NCBI RefSeq assembly: GCF_006345805.1 | Contig: NW_021836367.1 | Coordinates: forward strand, 1 to 30,457 | DNA length: 30,457 nt | Origin: Octopus sinensis | Taxonomy: Eukaryota | Direction of reading: 5' to 3' | Part shown: positions 1 through 10,834 of the stretch, piece after piece | Position numbering within the stretch: position 1 is the first letter of the stretch | Layout: each line of letters opens with the position of its first letter | Translations under genes and position numbers: made by a program | The notes under the pieces: generated by a model | What the model was told of the DNA's origin: nothing | Seen by the model: only the letters and a program-made list of their open reading frames with translations | Databases searched by the model: none

Positions 1-550
1 AAACTCACTCAAAAACCAGTAGTCGGCCCAGGACGAGAGTAAAAATTTAGTGGTGCCTGCAGTAAGATTGAAGCAGAAACTATATGGTCGCAAAACCAGC
101 TTAGGCAGAGATTCATTAAGGTTTGGAGTCGATCGCATCATTCATATTTGTAGAATTCTAATTATTGTAATAACACCGGAGGCAGGAAATGGCCATTCGA
201 CTCGAGTGAGATTTGAAGTATGATGGAAAAGGACGGAAACTAATTTATTTACGGCAAGTCATTTTGCTATGCTTACAAAGGATTCTGTCGTTTCACAGAC
301 TTGTTTGATATTGAGATGATGTTAGTAAGATGTCTTAGTCGTCTGGGCATTTAACTTGCAGAAATTATGAAGTCAAGTTATAAAACACAATGTATTGCTT
401 AATAAACACGGCTACTGCATTTTCCGAACCAGAAAAATTACAACTAACACCAATGTCCGTGGATGAGTTCGTAATGGGGGGGGGGGAGAAGGACAAACAC
501 AGTCACACACCAATAAATATATATCTATATACATACATACTTACACATAT

Positions 551-583
<33 letters not shown>

Positions 584-677
584 CACACATATATACACAT
601 ACATACATGCATACATACATACGTAAATGCTGAACGATGGAAATGAGTGTAATTTCTTGGGATTAATTTCTTGATCT

Positions 678-840
678 TCGCTTGACAACCGATGCTGCTG
701 TGTTTACGTCCCCGTAACTTAGCAGTTCGGCAAAATGGCCCGATAGAATAAATACTAGTCTTCCAAAGAATAAGTCCTGGGATCGATTTGCTCGACTAAA
801 GGCGCAGTCAAACGACTGAAACAAGTAAACGAGTAAAAAG
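678..840 (+). mobile_element. SINE family A, 3' half only (5'-truncated), with a 17-nt internal deletion
   Basis: Matches the 3' half of the copies at 22117-22510 and 23512-23955 (cttgacaaccgatgctg...gaaacaagtaaa). It lacks GTGCTCCAGCATGGCCG. Confidence 0.9.
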
Positions 841-1194
841 TGTGTGTGCATACATATATATATATATATATATTATATAATATATATATATATAACGAAG
901 ATGGCTAGACGCATATAAAAACAAAAGGGGTGTGTATGCATGTACACATACACAAACAAACATTGAGAGGCAGAGTGACAGGCAGAGGAAGGAGATATAT
1001 AATCAGACTGACATACAGACAGATTTATATAGATAGAAGAATAGGTAGATACAGTGGTAATTTCTATAAAAAGTGGTGCACTGAAATTATAACCTAATAG
1101 AGATAAGGTTCAACTTATGAATTATTGATTAAATCATTTAAATATTTATTTTGCTAACAATAAAAGGTCGATGTCAAATTATGCAAGCATCACA

Positions 1195-1810
1195 CACAAA
1201 CACATTGATGCATAGACACAGACGCATATATATATATGCACTCACATACAAGCTCAAACACATATACATGCACATATATATATGCATATATGTGTATATA
1301 TATTTATATATATATATATATACACACATGTATACATGCATATATATACACTTGTATATATACATACACACATGTATACATGCATATATATGCACTTGTA
1401 TATATACATACACACATGTATACATGCATATATATATACACTTGTATATATACATGTATATATATATATATACACACATATATACATGTATATATATATA
1501 TACACACACATATATATACATGTATATATATATATACACACACATATATATACATGTATATATATATATACACACACATATATATATACACACATATATA
1601 TACACATATATATACACACACACATATATACACACACACATATATACACACACACATATAATACACATATACACGCATATATATATACACACATATATAT
1701 ATACACACATATATAAATACACACATATATAAATACACACATATATATACACGCATATATATATACATATATGTATATATATGTACTGTTATTTATATAC
1801 ATTTATATAT
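1195..1810. repeat. Compound (TA)n/(CA)n microsatellite with higher-order units
   Basis: Alternating purine-pyrimidine tract with recurring units such as tatatatacacttgtatatatacatacacacatgtatacatgca. It explains the overlapping Y/I/H/T/C/V ORFs. Confidence 0.95.
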
Positions 1811-2099
1811 GTGTAAGTATATTGTATGTAGTTATGCATGTAAGTGGATGGGGGTGTAGATATGAGGTTATGCGCGCGTAATTTTAAAGGGGGGCGGCTA
1901 GAATCAAAATTGTTTTCTCCAAGCGCCTGACATTTTAGCGATTAGACTGAAGTTTCTGTTAGAAGTTCATGAACTGTTACGTCTATTTTAATAAAGGATG
2001 ACACGTGCCAATCATATATACAGAAGAATATACAGGAAAATAGATTTCAGATAGACATACACATACATACAGAATACACACAAACATACTTAGATAGAT

Positions 2100-2284
2100 A
2101 GATGATATACATATATATACATGCATACATACGTACACACACATGCATACATACGTACACACACATGCATACATACGTACACACACACACACATGCATAC
2201 ATACGTACACACACACACACATGCATACATACGTACACACACACACACATGCATACATACGTACACACACACACACACATATAC

Positions 2285-2317
<33 letters not shown>
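2100..2317. repeat. Minisatellite of microsatellite units (acacatgcatacatacgtac(ac)n) followed by (TA)n
   Basis: The unit catgcatacatacgtac recurs about 6 times with variable (AC)n spacers. Confidence 0.9.
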
Positions 2318-2320
<3 letters not shown>

Positions 2321-2846
2321 TGGAGGCGCATGGCCTATTGGTTAGAGCAGCGGATTCGCGGTCAAGGGGTCGCGGGTTCGAATCTCAGACCGGGCGAAAT
2401 ACCTAAGCTCCACGCGGATCCGGCAGAAGGTAATAGCGAAATTCTGCTGACAACTTTCTCTCACTCTTTCCTCCTGCATCTTGCAGCTCACCTGCGATGG
2501 ACCGGCGTCCCGTCCAGGTGGGGAACCTGTGCATTAAGGAAACCCGGAAACCGGCCCCTATGAGCCGGGCATAGAAAGAAGAAATATTCCTTCTGGGACC
2601 ATGCCAGGCTCATAAGGGCCGGTTTCCGGGTTTCAGTGACGTAGAAATTCCCCTCCTGGAGGGGACGCCGGTCCGACACAGAATTACTCACTTTTGCAAG
2701 CTGAGTGGACTGGAGCTCAAGAACACAACGCATCGCCCGGTCCAGGAATCGAAACCACAACCTTACGATCATGAGCGCAAAACCCTACCACTAAGCCACG
2801 CGCCTCCACATGAGCCAGACATGGCTCAAAAAGGAACGAACAACAA
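2321..2846 (+). mobile_element. tRNA-derived SINE family B (head 1 + tail X), interrupted by a nested insertion at 2573-2809
   Basis: tRNA-like head with A box (TGGCCTATTGG) and B box (GGTTCGAATC). The body is shared with 14421-14799. The tail resumes after the insertion as GAGCCagacatGGCTC...aacaacaa. Confidence 0.85.
2573..2809 (-). mobile_element. tRNA-derived SINE family B (head 2 + tail X), nested antisense in the preceding SINE
   Basis: The reverse complement reads gtggaggcgcgtggcttagtggtaggg...gtttcgattcctggacc...accggcgtcccctccagg...gaaaccggcccttatgagcctggcatgg. It is flanked by ATGAGCCGGGCAT (2560-2572) and ATGAGCCAGACAT (2810-2822), a 13-bp TSD with 2 mismatches. Confidence 0.85.
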
Positions 2847-3295
2847 ATATATATTATATGCATGTATATATATATATATAATATATATATATTATATATA
2901 TATAATATATGCCATGTATATATGTATACGCAAAAAGGTGGTGTGCAGTACACAACTCAAATCGTTCTTAGAGGAAACGCGCGTAAGTCGAGTCTGGACC
3001 GGCTAGCATGTGTGGGTGTGTGTATATATAATATTTATTATATATACTAGCATTGAGTGTATAAGTTGTGATAATGAAGTCATACCAAATAGTAGTATTA
3101 TGAAATCTGTTGATATGCACTTTTGAGTTCAGCGTAATATATGATCGGAAATGTAAGCATTACGTAAGAACTTTCTCAGTTACGCATTCCAGAATATGAA
3201 CCACTTGGTAGAAATATTTCTATATACATGTTCTGATCAGAAATCTGGCTTCTAATTAGGAGGAATAATGCGTAAAGAGAGGGTTATATATATAC

Positions 3296-3329
<34 letters not shown>

Positions 3330-3606
3330 ATATATATATTAAATTAATTAAATTAGAGATAAAACCCCTATTATGCAAATCAGTGAAAAACATAAACCAA
3401 AACATAAAAATTTAAATAATTAATATAATAAATATATTCTTTCCTAGAGGGTATGGAATATCCTTCAAAAATGAATCCCAAAATAGCGGTTCTATCTTAC
3501 CTGTAAATTCCATAACTTACGAAATGAGATATTACACTCAATAAACCTAATTTATCAATACATTAATTATAATAATAATAATATTAGGGAATAAATCCAA
3601 AATTAC

Positions 3607-3668
<62 letters not shown>

Positions 3669-3704
3669 GAATGGAGTTGAACGACGATTTAACAAAATTC
3701 TTTA

Positions 3705-3789
3705 TTCTCGACATATGTTTCGAAGACTGCATATTCCTAATTTCGTAGGAATAAGGGGTGCATTATGCGGCCTTCTCATCAGGAAAGAC
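3705..3789 (-). ncRNA. Type I hammerhead ribozyme motif with complete canonical core (Penelope-like/retrozyme-type minimal HHR)
   Basis: The minus strand reads UUUC-CUGAUGA-GAAGGC...GUCUUC-GAAA-CAUAUG-UC/GAGA. Stem II is GAAGGC/GUCUUC (6 bp, one GU), extended by GCAUA/UAUGC and UAUUCCUA/UAGGAAUA. Stem III is the palindrome CAUAUG. Cleavage is predicted after GUC, between 3710 and 3709. Stem I is UUUC/GAGA. AATAAA follows the cut site. Confidence 0.75.
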
Positions 3790-4471
3790 AAGGAACTTAT
3801 GTCAGCATCATGATAAACAAAAACTTTTAGATGGCTGCCCACACGGAGTCCATAGCGATAATGAGTGTTTCTTTAAAATATTCCGTTATAAGCAGTGACG
3901 TCAAAAATGGTTGAATGGAGAAGATTCTAGAGAGTTCAAGAGTTCAAACAAGGTTGGAAGGGGAGAGGTCTAAGAATAGTAAGGTGACAGGGTGCAAGTC
4001 GTATGAATGGTGATGTGTTGTTGTTTGCTTTTGTTAATGAGATTGAGTGCCTATGTGTGTGTATGTATATAACTGCATTCGTGTCTATGTGTGTGTGTAT
4101 GTGTGTGCGTGATTGTGTGTGTGGGTGGGTAGATGCCACTTATTCGTATTTCACAAAACGTTAGAGAATGAAAGACAGGGAGACAATTATATGTAAAGAA
4201 ATAATAAAGGCAAAACGAAATATTTTGCTGGAGTTTTGAAGGAAGCCAAGCAACAATTTTGAATGAAGTTACACACAATAAAAACCAGTTCGCTATCTGA
4301 AAACAAGCCATAAATTCTACGGATTGTGATAGGAATTTCCTAAATCTCAAATAAGCGGTTGCTACAATGTACGGTTACTAAATTAGAAAGCCCGGAATGA
4401 TTTAAAAGAAGTAATTGGTAAGATAGGAAATTGATATACGAAAAAGTATTATAAGTGAACAATTATGGGTC

Positions 4472-4472
<1 letters not shown>

Positions 4473-4503
<31 letters not shown>

Positions 4504-4965
4504 GTATATATATATGTGTATATATATATGTGTATATATATATGTGTATATATATATGTGTATATATATATGTGTATATATATATAAGTATATATATATG
4601 TGTATATATAAGTATATATATATAGTGTATATATATAAGTATATATATATGTGTATATAATTGTGTAATATACTATGTGTGTATATATATGTGTATATAG
4701 ATATAGTGTATATATATATGTGTATATATATATGTGTAATATATATGTGTATATAGATTGGTGTATATATATATGTATTATATATTGTGTATATATATAA
4801 GTATATATGTGTATATATATATGTGTATATATATATAGTATATATATGTGCATATATATACATATATATATGTGTATGCATATGTATATATACATATATA
4901 TATAAGTATATATATACATATATATATATAAGTATATGTATATATATGTGCATATATATATATGT
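4473..4965. repeat. (TA)n/(TG)n compound microsatellite
   Basis: Seen directly. Confidence 0.95.
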
Positions 4966-4992
4966 CATTATGATCATCATTCTTATTATTTG

Positions 4993-5077
4993 TAATAGTA
5001 GTAGTAGTAGTAGTAGTAGCAGCAGTGGTGGTGGTAGTAGTAGTGGTGCTGGTAGTAGTAGTGGCAGTAGCAGTAGA
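4993..5077. repeat. (AGT)n/(AGC)n/(GGT)n trinucleotide repeat
   Basis: Seen directly. It explains the poly-Ser/Gly end of ORF 4787..5083. Confidence 0.9.
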
Positions 5078-5493
5078 ACCTAATTCTCATTAATATGGAT
5101 GAATGAATACACGTGCTGTGCCGGAGATTCCTGACGGTAACTTCGTCATAAGATTGAGGCCATTATGGAATTCCTTTATGGAATTCCATTAGACCGTAAA
5201 CGATACTTTTGTATTAAATAATGCGATATTGACTAATCCGCCAGCTGAGGCCTTCTAAGAGTACTCGCCTTCATCACGTTCTTCCCTGCAGCGCGACACA
5301 AAATCCGTTTCTATAAAATTTATTAAAAATAGGAACGTATTTCTTCAGATAGATTCCCATACTACACTCTATACGTACTGCATAAAGAATAAATAAAATT
5401 TCACATGCCGCATGGGCAGATGAGTCGAAGTCATACATGCATGCTCCGCACGGAGAAACTTTAAAAAGATGCTGTTCGCAAAAGGCATCAGTA

Positions 5494-5927
5494 TACTCTT
5501 TTACTTGTTTCAGTCATGTGACTGCGGCCATGCTGGAGCACCGCCTTTAGTCGAGCATATCGACCCCTCAGGACTTATTCTTTGTAAGCCTAGTGCTTAT
5601 ACTATCGGTCTCTTTTGCCGAACACCTAAGTTACGGGGATGTAAACACACACTCCAGCATCGGTTGTCAAGAGATGTTGGGGGTGGGGGGGACAAACACA
5701 GACACAAAACGTTACCACACATATTACAGATAATATAATATATATATATATATATATATATACGACGGCCTTCTTTCAGTTTCCGTCTACCAAATTCACT
5801 TACAAAGCTTTGTTCAGCCCGAGGCTATAGTAGAAGACACTTGCCTAAGGTGCCACGCAGTGGGAACTGAACCCGGAACCATGTGGTTGGTAAGCAAGCT
5901 ACTTACCACACAACCACTCCTTCACCT
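5494..5927 (-). mobile_element. SINE family A, near full length, with internal (TA)n
   Basis: Reverse complement of the 23512-23955 copy across head, central microsatellite and tail. Confidence 0.9.
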
Positions 5928-6321
5928 GTTGTTGTTTCTTTTTAAAATACTGTATTGCCCGGTAAAAAAAAAACAAAAAAACAATTACGCATTATCACAC
6001 AGACATCTTGATGATGTCAAACAGGAATATATCAACAAATAAAACGATACGGAGAAAGCGACAAAAAAACAAATGTAAATGAATAAAGAGAAAATTAACA
6101 TAAGCTATACATTTAGTATTTGTTGTCAGTAACTAAATAATAATTTAGTTTATATCAGTTTGATATGTTATTTTGAACAGATGGGCAGCCGATCAAGAGA
6201 GTGTCTGGGAAAATCTCATGTACTTGTCACAATAACAAACATAATTATACTTTAAGAGAATGCCTCTTGTCTAGTCTGAATAATATACAGGAGTGACGAT
6301 TTACATGATTCTACAACATAT

Positions 6322-6716
6322 ACTCTCTCTTTTTACTCTTTTACTTGTTTCAGTCATTTGACTGCGGCCATGCTGGAGCACCGATTTAGTCGAGAAAATC
6401 GACCCCGGGACTTATTCTTTTGTAAGCCCAGTACTTATTCTATCGGTCTCTTTTGCCGAACCGCTAAGTAACGGGGACGTAAACACACCAGCAAGCGGGT
6501 TCAAGCAATGCTAGAGGGACAAACCCAGACACACAAACACACACACACGCATATATATATACATATATATCGACAGCTTCTCTCAGTTTCCGTCTACCAA
6601 ATCACTCACAAGGCTTTGGTCGGCCCGAGGCTATAGTAGAAGACACTTGCCCAAGGTGCCACGCAGTGGGACTGAACCCGGAACCATGTGATTGGTAAAC
6701 AAGCTACTTACCACAC
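6322..6716 (-). mobile_element. SINE family A, missing the first ~14 nt of the head
   Basis: Same family. It ends at ...aagctacttaccacac, where the LINE fragment begins. Confidence 0.9.
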
Positions 6717-7140
6717 GGATGCGAGACCTGGACACTAAAGAGAGCTGACCAGAAGAGAACTAATGCATTCGAGCTTTGGTGTTGGAGAAGACTTTTACGC
6801 ATTCCATGGACAGCGAGGCTCACCAATGGAGAAGTTCTTAAGCAGATCAGGCCGAAAATGTCGCTAGAAGCTAGGATCACCAAGCATAGATTGGCATATT
6901 TCGGTGATATTATGCGGAGAAAATACCTGGAGAAGGACGCCATGCTCGGAATGGTCAGTGGCAAGAGAGGAAGAGGCCGACCAAGAACCTGCTGGCTTGA
7001 CACTATCAAGAGGGATACCGGAATGGACATAGCCAATCTGAACGAAGCGCGCCCAGGATAGAACTGACTGGAGGACACTGATCCACAGTGACCGAGAGTC
7101 GACTTCGACTGAGCGGATAGAGAGAGAGAGAGGAGAGAGA
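6717..7140 (+). mobile_element. 5'-truncated RTE/BovB-like LINE: ORF C-terminus plus (GA)n tail
   Basis: Translation from 6717 gives GCETWTLKRADQKRTNAFELWCWRRLLRIPWTARLTNGEVLKQIRPKMSLEARITKHRLAYFGDIMRRKYLEKDAMLGMVSGKRGRGRPRTCWLD, then after small indels AQDRTDWRTLIH-VTESRLRLSG* (TAG 7118-7120). The AFELWCWRRLLR.PWTAR and G.RGR...WLD motifs are characteristic of the post-RT region of RTE-BovB. Confidence 0.92.
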
Positions 7141-7295
7141 AGTGTAGTGTTGTTAAAAGCCTCCTTGCTTACACCACAATGGTTCCGTTTTCCGTCCACT
7201 GCGTGTCACCGTGGGCAAGTGTCTTCTACTATAGCCTCGGGCCGACCAAAGCCTTGTGACAGGATTTGGTGGACGGAAACTGAAAGAAGCCTGTC

Positions 7296-7346
<51 letters not shown>

Positions 7347-7572
7347 GTGTGTGTGTGCGTTTGTGCCCCCCCCCAACATCGCTTGACAACCGATGCTGGT
7401 GTGTTTACGTCTAAGTAACTTAGCGGTTCGGCAAAAGAGACCGATAGAATAAGTACTAGGCTTACAAAGAATAAGTCCTGGGGGTCGACTTTCTTGTCTA
7501 AAAGGCGGTGCTCCAGGATGGCCACAGTCAAATGACAAACAAGTAAAAGAGATAAAAAAGAGTAAAAGAGTA
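7141..7572 (+). mobile_element. SINE family A with a heavily altered head and a near-consensus body
   Basis: From 7197 it matches the family closely (ccactgcgtg...gtaaaagag). 7141-7196 aligns only loosely to the tRNA-like head. Confidence 0.85.
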
Positions 7573-8625
7573 GATAGACGATGAGAGATTTTCCGACGGT
7601 GATCATTCACATCTTATATTGTGAAACAGTTTTCTTGTATCTAATCCAAATCGTACTTCAGTTTTTGAGAGGACCGACCATCATTCAGTGGAAATGATAT
7701 CGCTACTGCTTATTTCAAAGAGAGTTAGCATGTGATGGCTTTCATTCTGGCTCTGATATGCGGTTGAGACAATCGACGAAACACTTTCGGCACGTGAATG
7801 TAATACTATCACAAGATGGGCATTGCTGTAAATAAGTGCTTAAAATCCCAGAGGCAACAGGAAAACTTGCAATAAAATAAATCTCTGAAAAGGTTTCAAT
7901 CCTTAATTAAAACTATTCACCTCAATTTAACTACTTTTGCTCTGGGCATAGTTTTGAACAAGAAAAATGACCGTTTACGTTCGTATGATAACAAAATAAA
8001 TTGCATCTGCTGGAAATTACGCAGTATTATCAGTAAGTAAATGAATATATATTATACTAGCGATGAGCAGCATCGGAAAATGGTATTTATGAAAGTGACC
8101 GCAAACTAAAATGAAATAATTTGCTGTGAGAAAGAGAAGTCTCAGATAGGGTGTATAACCCTTGTGAACTCGAAGAAACAGAATGAAAATTATCGGGAAG
8201 ATGAGGAAAGTATGCGCTTTTATGACATTTCACACGGCTTTTCACCTCTCTTATGGAGATACATCGCGTTCTGATAGATATTCAGAATGATATATATCAA
8301 GTCTCTACGGCAATTATATTTTGAAGTGTATCAAAATATAATGATAGCGTCGTTCAAAGGGGAAAACGTATACAGTATTGAGAAGGGTTATTGTTAGTAA
8401 TATCGACGGGTGACAAAATATATATACCGAGGTACACATAACTGTGAATAAAACAAAGTAAGGGAAACAATATGAGAGCAGCAAATATGAAACCAAAAGG
8501 GAAACAATATGAGAGCACCAAATACTAAATATATAATCTTAGGCGGTAGAATACGCGATATATATATGCACACACAAAATCACATATACTTATGGATATG
8601 CATATATATAATATATATATATTAT

Positions 8626-8686
<61 letters not shown>

Positions 8687-8689
8687 TAT

Positions 8690-8854
8690 CTCGTTTGCCA
8701 CTACACACTTTTTTTCTCTCCTTGTTTTTTCTGTAGAAGAGCGTAGGCTCGAACGTAAATATTTTTCTTCTATTCCTGAGAGTTATATAATATATGTTTT
8801 GTTTTTTGTACACCACCTTTCTTCGTCTTTTGTTTTTTTCGTAAACTCTCCCTA
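8690..8854 (+). mobile_element. Short repeat family HH2 carrying a degenerate hammerhead-like motif (8727-8760)
   Basis: Homologous to the reverse complement of 21636-21770. The motif is CTGTAGA-A-GAGC-gtag-GCTC-GAA(A deleted)-CGTA. Confidence 0.65.
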
Positions 8855-8897
8855 TGTTATATATGTGTGTGTGTTGTGTGTGTATATATATATAATA

Positions 8898-8935
<38 letters not shown>

Positions 8936-8945
8936 ATTATATTAT

Positions 8946-9120
8946 GGTTTTTTTTCCTTTGTCTCCTTCTCGGATCTTTCCTTCTGTTTCCGACGAAGAG
9001 CTCCGCTCGAAACGTTAAAAAAACCTTCCCTTCTTTCCTGAGCGTCCAATAATACTATATATTTTTTCCACGTCCTCGCGTTGTTGAGTTTTTTTTGTGT
9101 TTTTCTGTTTGGATTAACTA
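8946..9120 (+). mobile_element. Short repeat family HH3 carrying a hammerhead-like motif (8986-9020)
   Basis: Homologous to 25806-25964. The motif is GTTT-CCGACGA-A-GAGC-tcc-GCTC-GAAA-CGTT-AAAA. Confidence 0.65.
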
Positions 9121-9161
9121 TATATATATATATATATATAATATATATTATATTATATAAC

Positions 9162-9432
9162 AGGGCTTAGTAAAATAAATTACTTTGCCGCATACTGAAC
9201 TCATTAGAAATAGCAGCTAAAAACTTTTTTAAGGCTATTTCTATACTTAAAGAAAATCTCTCTCATATATAGTGTTTTGCCATAATTTAACTCACAATTT
9301 GTGAGTTAAATTATGCAAACACTATATATGAGAGAGATTTTCTTTAAGTATTAGAAATAGCCTTAAAAAGTTTTTTAGCTGCTATTTCTAATGAGTTCAG
9401 TATGCGGCAAAGTATTTATTTTACTAAGCCCT
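9162..9432. repeat. ~271-bp near-perfect palindrome (fold-back/MITE-like), centre at 9298
   Basis: 9162-9297 is the reverse complement of 9299-9432, apart from six single-base indels in short runs. It sits within TA-rich flanks. Confidence 0.92.
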
Positions 9433-9740
9433 TTTATATATGTAATAATTTGAATTCGCCTTGAATGGTCCCTTTGGCATACTGAACACTTGGTGAAATT
9501 GATTAATAATTATTAATTTTGCCCTCAATTGTTGAAGTATATATAATATATATATATATATATGCTTCCGGGGCGAATGGTTTTGTTATACGGTGCCGAG
9601 TTTTACAATCCTATAAATAATAATAATAATATTCATATAAGCTTAAAGCTTATAGCGATCGCCGCACAGTGATTAAAGAAATAATCACATAGTCTAATAG
9701 TGGAGCATATAAGTTCTCGACAGAAAAACGTAGGCGTTTC

Positions 9741-9812
9741 CATCGGCTTGTGATTCGAACCCAGATCCCTTTGTTAACGCGACAAAGTGTGTTACCATTA
9801 CACCAGCAAATT
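9741..9812 (-). pseudogene. Decayed tRNA-like sequence (tRNA pseudogene or isolated SINE head)
   Basis: The minus strand reads TGGTGTAATGGTAACAC (A box, D stem GTGT/ACAC), CTTTGT/ACAAAG anticodon-like stem, and GGTTCGAATC (B box). The T and acceptor stems are mismatched and the anticodon arm is 2 nt too long. Confidence 0.5.
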
Positions 9813-9873
9813 ATAAATAAACACAAATACACACAGACACACATACATACATACATACATACATACATACATA

Positions 9874-10188
9874 CAGGTGCAGTCGTGTGGTAAATGTTTG
9901 TTTACCAACCTCATTGCTTCAGGTTTAGTTCCACTGCCTGTGATCTTCTGCAATTGTTTTCTAATAGAAAATCCGGCTGACCTAAGACGTTTGAGTGAAT
10001 TTTATATTTTATTCTTCGTCCCCCAGGAACGCTTGAAAATCGGCGTTGATGTGTTTTCGTCCCGTTATTTAGTGCGAGAATAGGTACCATGCTAAATAAA
10101 AGTAAGTAGCGGTGTCGAATCATTCGACTAAAATTCTTCAAGCCAATGCCCCAGCGTGGTCGCAGTCTAATGCCTGAATGAAGAAACC
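9874..10188 (+). mobile_element. Old, diverged SINE family A copy
   Basis: Collinear but heavily mutated match to head (gtgtggtaaatgtttgtttaccaacc), middle (gcttgaaaatcggcgttgatgtgttt) and tail (gccccagcgtggtcgcagtctaatg). Confidence 0.7.
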
Positions 10189-10273
10189 TATATAAATATA
10201 ATATATATATATATATATATATATAGAGAAGAGAGAGAGAGAGAGAGAGGGGGGGGAGGGACAAGAGAACAGA

Positions 10274-10789
10274 CAGACAGAGCCATGTATTTTGGATAAA
10301 CCAAACTATCCATTTATGTTTATCTCTCTCTATATAAACGGCAAAATGTCTGTGTGTGTATCCTTTGTACAAATCCACAATTTTTCAGTTAGAGAGCTCG
10401 CACTTTCTATGGTCATTCAAAACCGTTCAAAAGTGGTCGTGCATATCTTTACATATCCCCAGACAACCCGCAAAGCCATTAAAAAATCAATAGAAGTGAT
10501 TTCCTTTTACGGTTTTGAGATTGTACTTTGGGCTATCATCTGAGTAAAACCCAACAATCTATATCTATCTTCCCTTCTACCTTAACCCAATCAAAATGCC
10601 CGAAACTTGATACGCCAATTGAATACCATCTAGCTGCATGTGATTGGTCGGAGATTTGGACAGCACTCGCGTGTATGTGCGCACGCACGCAGCTGTATAT
10701 GCATGCACTAGCACTATGACCCAGCGTTGCCGGGTTATAGAGCTAGTATATATATATATATTGGCTAAACTGGCAAAATGACCATTCCG

Positions 10790-10834
<45 letters not shown>

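Noticed and set aside
2100-2280. Regularly spaced repeats superficially like a CRISPR array
   Set aside because: The spacers are just (AC)n, the context is eukaryotic, and there are no cas genes.
2321-2396. tRNA gene calls for SINE heads (also 14421, 15979, 23512)
   Set aside because: They continue into SINE bodies and tails and lack a proper acceptor stem, so they are treated as SINE heads rather than tRNA genes.
4787-5083. ORF ending in poly-Ser/Gly
   Set aside because: It is (TA)n followed by (AGT)n/(GGT)n repeats, not a protein.
5165-5189. ATGGAATTCC direct repeat including a 12-bp palindrome
   Set aside because: It is too short to distinguish from a chance local duplication, and nothing else supports it.
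6704-7078. 124-aa minus-strand ORF (also 6864..7199)
   Set aside because: These are antisense shadows of the RTE/BovB coding frame.
8056-8075. CGATG/CATCG hairpin next to CTAG, a possible minus-strand Helitron 3' end
   Set aside because: There is no spacer between hairpin and CTAG, and no matching 5' TC terminus was identified.
8460-8524. 28-bp direct repeat with a 37-bp period
   Set aside because: It is a simple local tandem duplication with no further structure.
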